The notes below the pieces were generated by a model, which did not search any database, was not told the DNA's origin, and was given only the letters and a program-made list of their open reading frames with translations. Shown piece by piece: positions 17,496 to 25,802 of a stretch of 64,000 bases of DNA. Where the stretch lies: IMG/VR virus record IMGVR_UViG_3300038465_000091, positions 1 through 64,000 of that record. One strand, given 5' to 3'. How positions within the stretch are numbered: the stretch's first letter is position 1; each line of letters starts with the position of its first letter. The translations under genes and the position numbers were made by a program.

Positions 17496-17652
17496 ATCCG
17501 CAAAGCCCCAACTCCCTTGAACCTGCTTGTTAGCGTCCCGCAGCGGAGCGGGTGCCGAGGCACATCAGGGCATGGTCGCAACTGTCGCCAAATTGAGCCG
17601 CCTGTAATTGCCGGCGGCACCCTCATTACAATAATACGCTAGTTTCAAAAGA

Positions 17653-17967
17653 TTATCTACCTTCAACTTTATCGCGCCGACGAAATTCAGCTTGCGTCCA
17701 CGATTGGCGAAGCGCCTTACGGCGTTTATGAGCACAAGAAAAATACTTTGCCGAGTGGCACTGACGACAGCCGCAGTTGAGGTTGAACTTTGCGTAGCGA
17801 CCCCACTCCGTGGGTGTGTACCACCCCATTTGCTGCTGGTAAAACGGAGAACCCTCGTGCGGCTCCTCGTTGTAGTGGGTCCAAATTTTCGTCGCGATGA
17901 ACTTGCGACGGGCGATTACACGTTCGCGCTGGTGACGACGTTCGTCACGAGACGTTGGATGAGACAT
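17653..17967 (-). CDS. Basic hypothetical protein with CGCRQC motif
   Basis: SD GGAG upstream of ATG 17967. Confidence 0.6.
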   Translation of the reverse strand: MSHPTSRDERRHQRERVIARRKFIATKIWTHYNEEPHEGSPFYQQQMGWYTPTEWGRYAKFNLNCGCRQCHSAKYFSCAHKRRKALRQSWTQAEFRRRDKVEGR

Positions 17968-18307
17968 GGCTTTCACTCCCCGACCGCTCACACCTTATGC
18001 GGTATGTGCGGTCTTGCTAGGGTTAGTAGCCATCTGCTCGTCCTCCTGTGAATTGAATTGTCGGGTATCCGATACTGTGTTTGGGCAGTTAGTAGCCAGA
18101 TGCTTTTGGCCCTATAGCCTCGGAAGGGTCCGCAGACTCCCGACTTCCCTAAATTTCGGCGGCGTTTCAGCCGCCAGCACTGCATAACCAAAACCGAGCG
18201 CGGTGCACCGCCTCGGCTGGATATTCAAAGAACGGGTGCGTCTGTTCTGCACAAACTTGTGGGGCTTTCCCCATCCGGCTCGAAGCCTACGGGTCTTAAA
18301 CCTACGC

Positions 18308-18383
18308 TTTAGCGTGGTGGGATTCGAACCCACGTCCTTCCCCGTCAATAGGGGTTGCCGATCCGCTGGGCGTCACGCTAAAG
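18308..18383 (-). tRNA. Degenerate tRNA-like gene (loop TATTGAC, nominal anticodon TTG)
   Basis: Perfect acceptor TAGCGTG/CACGCTA and GTGGG-TTCGAAT-CCCAC T-arm; A33; no encoded CCA. Confidence 0.5.
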
Positions 18384-18511
18384 AACCTTTGGTGGATGGT
18401 TCGCTTGGGTCGCTTTCGCGTCTTTCCGCCTTTTGGCTCCCAACATCCCCGCCCCTGCTGTTAACACGACTGTACGTGACTGCTTACGCTATCAGGGCAT
18501 CCACCAAAAAT

Positions 18512-18589
18512 TGGTGCCGGATGCTGGGATCGAACCAGCGGCCTTCGGCTTATGAGACCGACGCTCTGAGCCAACTGAGCTAATCCGGC
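18512..18589 (-). tRNA. tRNA-Met or Ile2 (CAT)
   Basis: Canonical cloverleaf; TCGGT-CTCATAA-GCCGA; CCA. Met versus Ile2 cannot be resolved by eye. Confidence 0.9.
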
Positions 18590-18648
18590 TAAACGTCGGG
18601 GAATCGGTGACCGACTCCCCAGTTCCTCCCACACGTGGTGGGTGAATC

Positions 18649-18816
18649 TTAAAAATTCAACTTACTCGCCAGAATCTCAGGTCGAATTACAACTTTCGAC
18701 CAATCTGGTTGTTCGAACCATTCGGGGTGCTCGTAATAGTTACGGAGATGACTATGGATTGGAAGACCTTCATTATCTAGTATGCCAAATCCCGTCTCAT
18801 CAGTATCTTGCGGCAT
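18649..18816 (-). CDS. Small hypothetical protein (55 aa)
   Basis: Below the ORF-track cutoff; SD AAGGAG; begins MPQDTDETGFGILDNEGLP. Confidence 0.6.
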   Translation of the reverse strand: MPQDTDETGFGILDNEGLPIHSHLRNYYEHPEWFEQPDWSKVVIRPEILASKLNF

Positions 18817-18825
18817 TCAATCTCC

Positions 18826-19176
18826 TTAAAAGTCTGGAAAGAACGCGGTTGCTTTCTTTGCTTTGGGTGCCGCCTCAGCGGTATCTTCCGAAAGCTCGAT
18901 CTGCCCCTGTTCTCTCACGACTTCATCATACGGCTTACTGTTAATCTGAGCAAGCTCTGTTTCAAAACCACTATACAAGTTGCTGCCCGATGCCAGCTTG
19001 GTGAGGTGAGCGACCTCGCGTTCAGCGTCGGCCTTCTCTTCCAAAGTCACTGGGCTCTCGGCCAACCACACGTCGATGAACGATAGCTCGCCCTTCTCAG
19101 CGGCTTTCTTCCACGGGTCATAGGTCTTTACGTCAACCTTCTCGTGACCCTCTACGCCTACACGAATCTTTGACAT
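18826..19176 (-). CDS. Hypothetical protein
   Basis: Start reassigned to MSKIRVG behind TATTAG and SD GAGG. Confidence 0.65.
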   Translation of the reverse strand: MSKIRVGVEGHEKVDVKTYDPWKKAAEKGELSFIDVWLAESPVTLEEKADAEREVAHLTKLASGSNLYSGFETELAQINSKPYDEVVREQGQIELSEDTAEAAPKAKKATAFFPDF

Positions 19177-19279
19177 GGCGGTCCTCTGTCTAATAGGTTT
19201 GATATTCACCAAGTGCCTATAGGACGATACTGCTTTCGTTGGAAAAGAGCCGCGAGTTTTCGCAAAAACCACATAAATT

Positions 19280-19354
19280 TGGTCGGGGAGGCGAGATTCG
19301 AACTCGCGATCCCATGCTCCCGAAGCATGTGCGTTACCGCTACGCTACTCCCCG
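19280..19354 (-). tRNA. tRNA-Pro(CGG)
   Basis: CATGC-TTCGGGA-GCATG; CGGGGAG acceptor; CCA. Confidence 0.92.
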
Positions 19355-19358
19355 AAAT

Positions 19359-19531
19359 TGGTTGCAGGGCTGGGAGTCGAATTGAACCCAGCATCTCTCG
19401 GATCGCTGCTCAGCGTCTTGCGTCAACGTTGCTCGTCTATTTCCTTGCGGATCACCGTCTCACATCAACTTGCCAGCGCAACGACCCCGCGCACTTTCGT
19501 GCGGGATGTTCTGCCATTTGAACTACCTGCA
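19359..19531 (-). ncRNA. tRNA-framed RNA with a ~100-nt insert in place of the anticodon arm
   Basis: Acceptor TGCAGG/CCTGCA-A-CCA, D-arm GTTC..GAAC and T-arm GCTGGG/CCCAGC flank a long structured insert. Confidence 0.6.
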
Positions 19532-19565
19532 AACTCTTGCCGCCAGTCTTGCTACACGTGGCGGG

Positions 19566-19769
19566 TTACCCCACCTTACTCGAAAAACTTTTCTTGAACT
19601 CTTCAACGACGACTTCGAGGCTATGTCTTGCTTCCGCCTCATCCGCGCCATAACCTACGAGTTCTGCACCGTTGTGGTGCCCGAACTCGTTGAAGAAGAA
19701 AGGAAGTTCAACCCTCGCTTCATAGCTGTCGTGCTTCTCTTTGCCATCGTTGATGATTTTTGCATCCAT
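19566..19769 (-). CDS. Small protein, possible HicB-like N-terminal fold
   Basis: YEARV...LVGYGADEAEARHSL resembles the HicB G-x-T/D-x-x-EA pattern. Confidence 0.45.
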   Translation of the reverse strand: MDAKIINDGKEKHDSYEARVELPFFFNEFGHHNGAELVGYGADEAEARHSLEVVVEEFKKSFSSKVG

Positions 19770-20026
19770 AAAATTCCGATGGCGTATGAAGTGAGCATTG
19801 ATCCTTGGCTGAGCACCATCAACACCGTTTGCAAAATCTTGGGGCGACCTAAGCTGGCACTGGTACTTGCGTGGTCTCCAGCCATCGACGTATTATGCAC
19901 AGCCTGCGACCGAGTACCCGGCGACCTCGCAGACCGCTCCACCCCGTTCTTCGATACCTGCCTGATCCCACGTTGCAGACTTTCGTCTGTGCGAGTCAGC
20001 CCTCGGGCGGGGCACTTTCAAAACTT

Positions 20027-20116
20027 TGGTCAGGATGAGAGGATTTGAACCTCCAAGGTCATAAAGACACCTGCATCCGAGGCAGGACGGCTGCCAAGTT
20101 ACCGTTCTACACCCTG
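20027..20116 (-). tRNA. tRNA-Pro(CGG) with enlarged variable arm
   Basis: CCTGC-CTCGGAT-GCAGG; ~15-nt variable region; CCA. Confidence 0.85.
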
Positions 20117-20129
20117 ACATTGTAAAATT

Positions 20130-20216
20130 TGGTCGGGGTGGGGAGATTCGAACTCCCAGTGATCTTATCTCCCGCTTCCAAAGCGGGTCGGCTCCCAACT
20201 ACCGATTTACACCCCG
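20130..20216 (-). tRNA. tRNA-Pro(TGG) with enlarged variable region
   Basis: CCCGC-TTTGGAA-GCGGG; ~13-nt variable region; CCA. Confidence 0.87.
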
Positions 20217-20342
20217 ATTATGCGTTTTTCCGCCTAAAAGCGTTTTATACGGAAAACCGCCTAAAGCACAAAATCGAGGCAAATGTCTTGGAATTCAGTT
20301 GCTTACAGCGCCCCGATGCCTAGCAGCACGGGGTTGAGGCTC

Positions 20343-20414
20343 TTAGAGCACTTCACCCCCGCGCACGGTAGGCGTGCACGGTCGAAACATCGGGGTTGGT
20401 CGCATTGTGTTCAT
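20343..20414 (-). promoter_or_regulatory. Leader peptide ORF of the Pro/Met/Phe tRNA array (MNTMRPTPMFRPCTPTVRGGEVL)
   Basis: 23 codons with 4 Pro, 3 Met, 1 Phe (also 4 Thr, 3 Arg), lying between the promoter and the first tRNA-Pro. Confidence 0.6.
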
Positions 20415-20534
20415 AAAGTCGTCCCGATTCGTGCCCAGAGCCGTAGCTAAACTACAGATGCTCACGAATCGTAAGATTGGTGTGGGGCACGAGTTTCCAC
20501 CGTTCTGTAATCTGCGCCCTTCCCAATCTCTACT

Positions 20535-20568
20535 ATAATACCATGGAAGTTTGAATTTTAGTTAGGAA
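20535..20568 (-). promoter_or_regulatory. Phage promoter TTCCTAAC-N20-TATTAT
   Basis: Fixed-spacing motif shared with six other loci. Confidence 0.7.
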
Positions 20569-20758
20569 AATCGAAATTTATTTCCAAGGCACGGGGTCAT
20601 GGGCGTTCAGTTGTTCGCGGCGGTCCATAAGCTCCTGCCTTCGCGGTTCGTGTATTTCGGCTGCACGCCATCTACGATCAGCGGCTCCCGCGTGCCCTCC
20701 ACAACGACGTTCTTCCGACCCGTCCAAACTCTAGTCTTGGCGGATTTCTTCACGGCTT

Positions 20759-21325
20759 TCACAGTTCATCCTCCACGATTTGCGGCGAGGCGTTGTCAAA
20801 ACCGCCAGCACACGACTCACATTCCTGCCGCTTGGTCTTGCCGTGCTTGCACATCGGTTCAGCAGTTCCCAGTCCGTAAAACTGCCGTACTTCCATCAGC
20901 AGCCTACCGAGCCAATTCTCGCCGAGGGGTGCATGAGGAAAATCACACTTGCCCATGCACACGCCCCAGAACGTGTCGTGCCAGTGATTGCCTTCGATCA
21001 ACTCGGCTTGAAACGTGGAGATCAGCTTGCGCTTGGGAATGCTCGGCCTGAACTTCTGCATGAGCAGATCGCGCATGATACCGATCTTGACTTCTTCCCA
21101 GTCGGGACGTAGCTTCAAGGACCGTCCCATCCTCTTTGCTCTCGCGGACGTTACGCCGAGGTAACGGAACTTCTCACGTTGCGCTGCATCGAGCGTCTTT
21201 GCCGCTTGGTATGCATGTTCAACCGAGGTATACACCTCAACCATGGCGTCGGGCATCTCATGGGCGTAAATCATCCCATCGGTGGTGACCCATAGCCGAA
21301 CTTCGCCGAGTGCGAAGTTAGACAA
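20759..21325 (-). CDS. NADAR (YbiA/DUF1768) family protein
   Basis: FLSNF, SVEHAYQAAK, NHWHDTFWG, GENWLGRLLMEVR. The reading frame stays open upstream to about 21373. Confidence 0.9.
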   Translation of the reverse strand: MSNFALGEVRLWVTTDGMIYAHEMPDAMVEVYTSVEHAYQAAKTLDAAQREKFRYLGVTSARAKRMGRSLKLRPDWEEVKIGIMRDLLMQKFRPSIPKRKLISTFQAELIEGNHWHDTFWGVCMGKCDFPHAPLGENWLGRLLMEVRQFYGLGTAEPMCKHGKTKRQECESCAGGFDNASPQIVEDEL

Positions 21326-21369
21326 GAAAGCCCAAGCTCCGGTAAAACTATCGATTTTGGTTGGGAGTT

Positions 21370-23506
21370 TTATGTGCCCTCTGATCTGGAACTTCGGATT
21401 ATGGTTTTAGCAATGACTCTCGCTGCCAATGTTCGTTCGAGAGCTTCTGCAAACGCCATGCGGGTGCACTCTTCGCAACCGGCGGGGAACGATACGGGTG
21501 CGATCATGAGGGTAACCTTGGTGTCGTGTGGTCCGCAAACGTAACCATTTGTAGTTTCAGCTATTCTCAACATCTTCGTCCTCAATCATGACAGCCGCAT
21601 TTCTTCGGGCATTGAAAGATCAGTGGGCCTGTGGCGAATCCGTTGTACACCCCGCCAAGAGCACAACAGTCGCACTCGGCACGTCCAGCAGTCAGGATCG
21701 CCTGCCGCAGGTCGGCAATGTCAAAAGTAGGTGTCGGGTCAATCCCGTGCCATCCCTCAAGCATACTCACTGTCCGCTGCTTCGTCGCTGGAGATCACGC
21801 GGCAGTTGTCAGGACGGCATTCCGTCGCCGCCACGCACTCAGCTTCCAGTTCACACTCGGCTTCAATCTCCACCGTACCGCTGTATTCAACCTGATATTT
21901 CGGCATCATCATCCTCCATCGACAGTGGCAACTCTGCCGCACATTCGAGCCAATCCTTTTGAGTGGGCTCGTCCATAAGCTCCCAGTGCTCGTACATGTA
22001 GTCCAGCGACGAGGCGATCATCGCGTTCTTTTGCCTCACCAACTGGTTGTACGCTTCATTGTCACCACGGGCGAATGCCAGCATCACTGCCTTGACGACG
22101 ATCAGCAATTCCATGTGCCTCTTGGCACAGTTGTTACAGAATGTTTGAACGTCGTCCATATCGGGTAATACTGACTATTCGATTGTTCCGTCTTTGTGAA
22201 CCATCAGGATTTCTTCGCTGATGCGGTACGCCATGACCACTTCCTGATCGTAATACTTAGCGGTCATCCAGCAAATCTCCTCGATCTGGCGTCTGGTGCC
22301 GCTGATCTTGACGGGGATCATCCGCTCGGCGAACACGTTCTTGCTGACGGGGTGAACCCACTGACCTTTCTCTACGGGACGAATGGTCAAGCCGCCCGTG
22401 ATGGCACGGACGCGGGTATCCCACTTCTTGTGGAAGCCCTTGACATATTCGGTCTGGGTCCGATCAATCGTCGGCACCAAGATTTCCCAGAGTTCGTGCA
22501 TCATAAGTTCCCCTTCTTCAACATCTGGCGGACTTGATCGGGCGAAAACATAACTGGCACCCTGCCCACGCAAACCTTGGGGTGCTGCGCCTTAAGCCTC
22601 TCAATAACTTCCTCGATCCCCTGACGGTTTATGCCCGCGTCCATGATGATATTCAGGAGCTTTTCCAGCCCCTTCATCTCGCTTACCCGCATGAACCCGA
22701 TGTTCAACGGGTATTCCGTCCCGTCAGGGAGAATCGCGTACATCCCCATCGGTCGGTCCCTTGCCGTGCAAAATGGTGAGCGATCTCTATCGTGCCTCTG
22801 CCCATCATCGTACTCGACTCGGATCGAATTAGACTGGCTCGGCAATGTCGCTCTCTTTGAGAAGCTGGTACGTCATCTGGTACGGCAGGCGGTGCGAGCC
22901 CTCGGCGACATCCGCAACGGCGTTGTAGGTGTCAACCACCTTCTTGAGTTCGACGGTGGTTAGCGGGCGTACCAGAAGATCAATCTCTTCGCCAATCACG
23001 TTAGTCACTACGATAGCGGCGAGAGTGCCGTCACGGTCTACTGCAAGTCTTGAGAGTCCCATGTCTTCTCCTGAATTTTCTTAAGTGTCAACCAAACAGC
23101 TATTCGACGTACTAAGGGCTCCAATCTACTCGGCCCGAATACGGGCGTTTTACCGTCCGTGAGCAGCTTCATTTATTTTTCTCCAGTTTGGCAATCTCAG
23201 CATACATGTCCATGATGGGCTGAGGGGTGCGACTCACATGCCAGTTGTTCTCTTCCCAGTGCCGCACCTTCTCTTTCAGCAGTCGAAGATAGATTTGGTT
23301 ATCCATCAATCTAGCCCCCATTTGTTCAGCCAAATTTTGAACATTGTCCAACGAAGAAGCTCCGGGTTGCTGATCGGATGCCAGCCCTGAGCCGTGTCAT
23401 CGAGAGAGGTTAACCCGCGTTCGTCTTGAATGATGCACAGGTCCACTGGACAATCTGATGTGGCGGGAATCCACCAACACTCGTACCTGCCTGTTGTTGT
23501 GTACAC
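21370..23506 (-). CDS. Run of about nine tightly packed small hypothetical genes (e.g. 21370-21585, 21582-21770, 21887-22159, 22175-22507, 22501-22845, 22829-23062, 23306-23506)
   Basis: Overlapping start/stop codons in a common orientation; no recognisable domains. Confidence 0.55.
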
Positions 23507-23512
23507 GTGGTT

Positions 23513-23546
23513 ATTCTACCATGAAGGGAGAGGATTTGGTTAGGAA
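23513..23546 (-). promoter_or_regulatory. Phage promoter TTCCTAAC-N20-TAGAAT
   Basis: Fixed-spacing motif upstream of the small-gene run. Confidence 0.7.
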
Positions 23547-23636
23547 ATCGTGGTAAGTAACCGTTTTTGTTTACAATACGTTGGAGTCTGGGAATGACAG
23601 TTCGGACAATACTAAATGGTTTGGAAGTTCAAATTT

Positions 23637-23722
23637 TGGTGTCCGAAGGGGGACTTGAACCCCCACGACCTTGCGGTCACTGGCTCCTAAGGCCAGCGCG
23701 TCTGCCATTCCACCACTCGGAC
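23637..23722 (-). tRNA. tRNA-Leu(TAG)
   Basis: Class II cloverleaf; loop CTTAGGA; CCA. Confidence 0.95.
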
Positions 23723-23727
23723 AAATT

Positions 23728-23812
23728 TGGTGCGGCTAAGAGGAGTCGAACCTCCACGGGGTTGCCCCACTAGGGCTTGAGCCTAGCGCGTCTGCCATTC
23801 CGCCATAACCGC
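23728..23812 (-). tRNA. tRNA-Leu(CAA)
   Basis: Class II; loop CTCAAGC; CCA. Confidence 0.95.
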
Positions 23813-23921
23813 ATAATCAGCACCTTTGTACCGATTAAGCCTGTAAACCGTTGTAAGCGGCATATTTCCACTCCCGTCGCCATTTTGCGCTGAACAGTGA
23901 ATATAGCCTTTCGAGTAAATA

Positions 23922-24007
23922 TGGTGCCGCCGACAGGGATCGAACCTGCATGGCTGTAAACCACTGGATTCTGAGTCCAGCCTGTCTGCCAATTCCAGCA
24001 CGGCGGC
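23922..24007 (-). tRNA. tRNA-Leu(CAG)
   Basis: Class II; loop CTCAGAA; CCA. Confidence 0.95.
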
Positions 24008-24014
24008 AAAATTT

Positions 24015-24099
24015 TGGTGTGGCCGGAGGGACTTGAACCCTCACACCTTTCGGCATCACCCCCTCAAGATGACGTGTCTGCCAATTCCACCACGGCCAC
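24015..24099 (-). tRNA. tRNA-Leu(GAG)
   Basis: Class II; loop TTGAGGG; CCA. Confidence 0.93.
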
Positions 24100-24200
24100 A
24101 TACCGTTTCACCATCCGATGAAACCCCTCGAAACAGTGAAACTCGCGATATGCTTTATTGCATCAAACCGCCGACCTGATGTAATAAAGCACATCAAATT

Positions 24201-24290
24201 TGGTGTGCCTAAGAGGACTTGAACCTCCACGGGGGTATCAGCCCCAACGGACTCTCAGCCCGCCGCGTCTGCCAGTTTCGCCATAGACAC
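24201..24290 (-). tRNA. tRNA-Leu(GAG), second variant
   Basis: Class II; GCGGG-CTGAGAG-TCCGT; CCA. Confidence 0.85.
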
Positions 24291-24295
24291 AAATC

Positions 24296-24383
24296 TGGTG
24301 CCGGGAGCAGGATTCGAACCTGCGAACCTCCTAAGAGGGACTGCTTTACAGGCAGTTGGTTTTAACCGCTCACCCATCCCGGC
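24296..24383 (-). tRNA. tRNA-Tyr(GTA)
   Basis: ACTGC-CTGTAAA-GCAGT; long variable arm; CCA. Confidence 0.95.
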
Positions 24384-24394
24384 ATATTCTCCAC

Positions 24395-24425
24395 AAAAAT
24401 CAAAAGCCGCCTTTTCAGGCGGCTT
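24395..24425 (-). terminator. Attenuator terminator upstream of the Tyr/Leu tRNA array
   Basis: AAGCCGCC-TGAAAA-GGCGGCTT followed by TTGATTTTT, located between the leader ORF and the first tRNA. Confidence 0.9.
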
Positions 24426-24448
24426 GTTCAAATTCGGGTGTAATAACG

Positions 24449-24532
24449 TTACCCTTTGAACACACCGCCCCGACGATAGCTAAGGTACAAGCTATACAGT
24501 CGCAGTGACGGTGATAGGGTTACGTGGGTCAT
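24449..24532 (-). promoter_or_regulatory. Leader peptide ORF of the Leu/Tyr tRNA array (MTHVTLSPSLRLYSLYLSYRRGGVFKG)
   Basis: 27 aa with Leu CTA/CTG/CTG/TTG/CTT and Tyr TAT/TAC/TAT clustered; its 3' end forms the antiterminator arm. Confidence 0.85.
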
Positions 24533-24547
24533 AATGTTCACTTCTAC

Positions 24548-24581
24548 ATAATACCACGGTAGTCAAGATTTTCGCTAGGAA
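24548..24581 (-). promoter_or_regulatory. Phage promoter TTCCTAGC-N20-TATTAT
   Basis: Fixed-spacing motif immediately upstream of the leader ORF. Confidence 0.75.
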
Positions 24582-24606
24582 AATCAAAAATTATTTTTCG
24601 GCAATC

Positions 24607-24909
24607 TCAATAATCCCGATTATCTCCGGCTGAGGCGGGCGGCGGGATGGTCTTCCGCTCCTCGGGAATCGCGGGCGTGTCGATGGGTATCTGCAAGATG
24701 GTGTTGATCTTGGCGATGCAGCGGTTGCACAGGTCTTTCTTCATCCCGAAAATGTTCGTGCCCTGAGTCACTTTGATACGGGGTAGTGGGGCGTGACTCG
24801 CCGTGGGTGCGCCCATGTATACTGTACGGCTGCCGCTGGTGTCCTTACTGGGGTCGTCAACGCTGTCGTCCTGAGCGTGACAGCCGTCGCAATGCAATAT
24901 GTGTGCCAT
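24607..24909 (-). CDS. Hypothetical Zn-finger protein
   Basis: CDGC...CNRC; SD AAGGAG. Confidence 0.65.
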   Translation of the reverse strand: MAHILHCDGCHAQDDSVDDPSKDTSGSRTVYMGAPTASHAPLPRIKVTQGTNIFGMKKDLCNRCIAKINTILQIPIDTPAIPEERKTIPPPASAGDNRDY

Positions 24910-24910
24910 T

Positions 24911-25552
24911 TCAGTTCTCCTTGGTTTCTCGTGGGAGCCCGTTGGTCTGAATGTAGGCGTATCCCCAAGGCGCTAATAGCATCCGTTCCATGAATTGAGC
25001 ACCAGTCTCCGATGCCCTTCCGCCGATGGCTTTCTTCTTGTCGGACGAGAAACACAGCACTTCTACGAAGGTGCGGTATTTGTAATTCAGGTTGCTGGGG
25101 TCGCACATGAGGTATTGCAGCACTTCCTTTTCCCAGTCGTACACGCCTTCTTTTTTGAACTTCTCCCGATCTCGCCGCTTCAACTCAGCTTGCCACAGGG
25201 CCTTGCGTGTTTTGCTGGTGCGTTTTTCTTCCGCCTGTTCAGCGATGTGGCAGCGACAATCACAATCCATACAACAGCCGACTGGGGAATCCCACGGGCC
25301 GTCGAGTTCCACCACGGCGCACAAGCACTTCGGCTTACGGAGTTTGGTGTGGCACTCGCAGTCGCACTTGGATAAATCGCAAGGAACGTTGCCTACGACT
25401 CTCTCCTCGCAGTTATTCGAGCCTTGAGGTTTGCTGGGATCGTAGTTTGGGTTGGGTTCAAACGTCCACTCATCACAATGAACGCACCATGCCTTGTCCC
25501 CTGCGGGACATATTTTATTGCCGATAGTTTTACGATATTTGCGACCAGCCAT
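24911..25552 (-). CDS. Cys/His-rich hypothetical protein
   Basis: Start reassigned to MAGRKY (TAATG coupling); CDCECH and CCMDCDCRCH clusters. Confidence 0.6.
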   Translation of the reverse strand: MAGRKYRKTIGNKICPAGDKAWCVHCDEWTFEPNPNYDPSKPQGSNNCEERVVGNVPCDLSKCDCECHTKLRKPKCLCAVVELDGPWDSPVGCCMDCDCRCHIAEQAEEKRTSKTRKALWQAELKRRDREKFKKEGVYDWEKEVLQYLMCDPSNLNYKYRTFVEVLCFSSDKKKAIGGRASETGAQFMERMLLAPWGYAYIQTNGLPRETKEN

Positions 25553-25607
25553 TAGATCACCAACCTTACGAACTTCTGCCGTTCCGCAATTAGTTTTTCC
25601 GTTGCGT

Positions 25608-25787
25608 TCATAGAAACTCCTCACCCTTCGGCAACTTTTCAACTGTGCTCCACTTGAGCAGGGATTCGGGGATGTCTCCCATAATTTCACGCAAGTATTC
25701 GCCCGCGCTTGCTTTGTCCACAGCTTGGATGTAGAGGGTGTCGCCTTCAGCGACTACTTTGAAAATTTTGCCCTTCTTGGTCTTCAT
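25608..25787 (-). CDS. Small hypothetical protein (59 aa, MKTKKGKIFKVVAEG...)
   Basis: Below the ORF-track cutoff; stop overlaps the ATG of a 19-aa ORF that in turn couples to 25552. Confidence 0.6.
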   Translation of the reverse strand: MKTKKGKIFKVVAEGDTLYIQAVDKASAGEYLREIMGDIPESLLKWSTVEKLPKGEEFL

Positions 25788-25802
25788 GCCATTTGCCTTT
25801 CG

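Noticed and set aside
17988-18045. 12-aa ORF MATNPSKTAHTA with strong SD as an additional attenuator
   Set aside because: No downstream terminator and no matching tRNA.
19359-19531. Canonical tmRNA or group I intron
   Set aside because: Too short; no G3:U70 Ala acceptor or tag ORF recognised, and no P7 core seen. Kept as an unknown tRNA-framed RNA.
19960-20020. c-di-GMP-I riboswitch (GCACAG..GAAAG..GTGGGA)
   Set aside because: Only fragmentary similarity; the GCAAA and P2 elements are missing.
24100-24180. Hammerhead ribozyme (CCGATGA...GAAAC)
   Set aside because: The core is not CUGANGA and stem II is absent.
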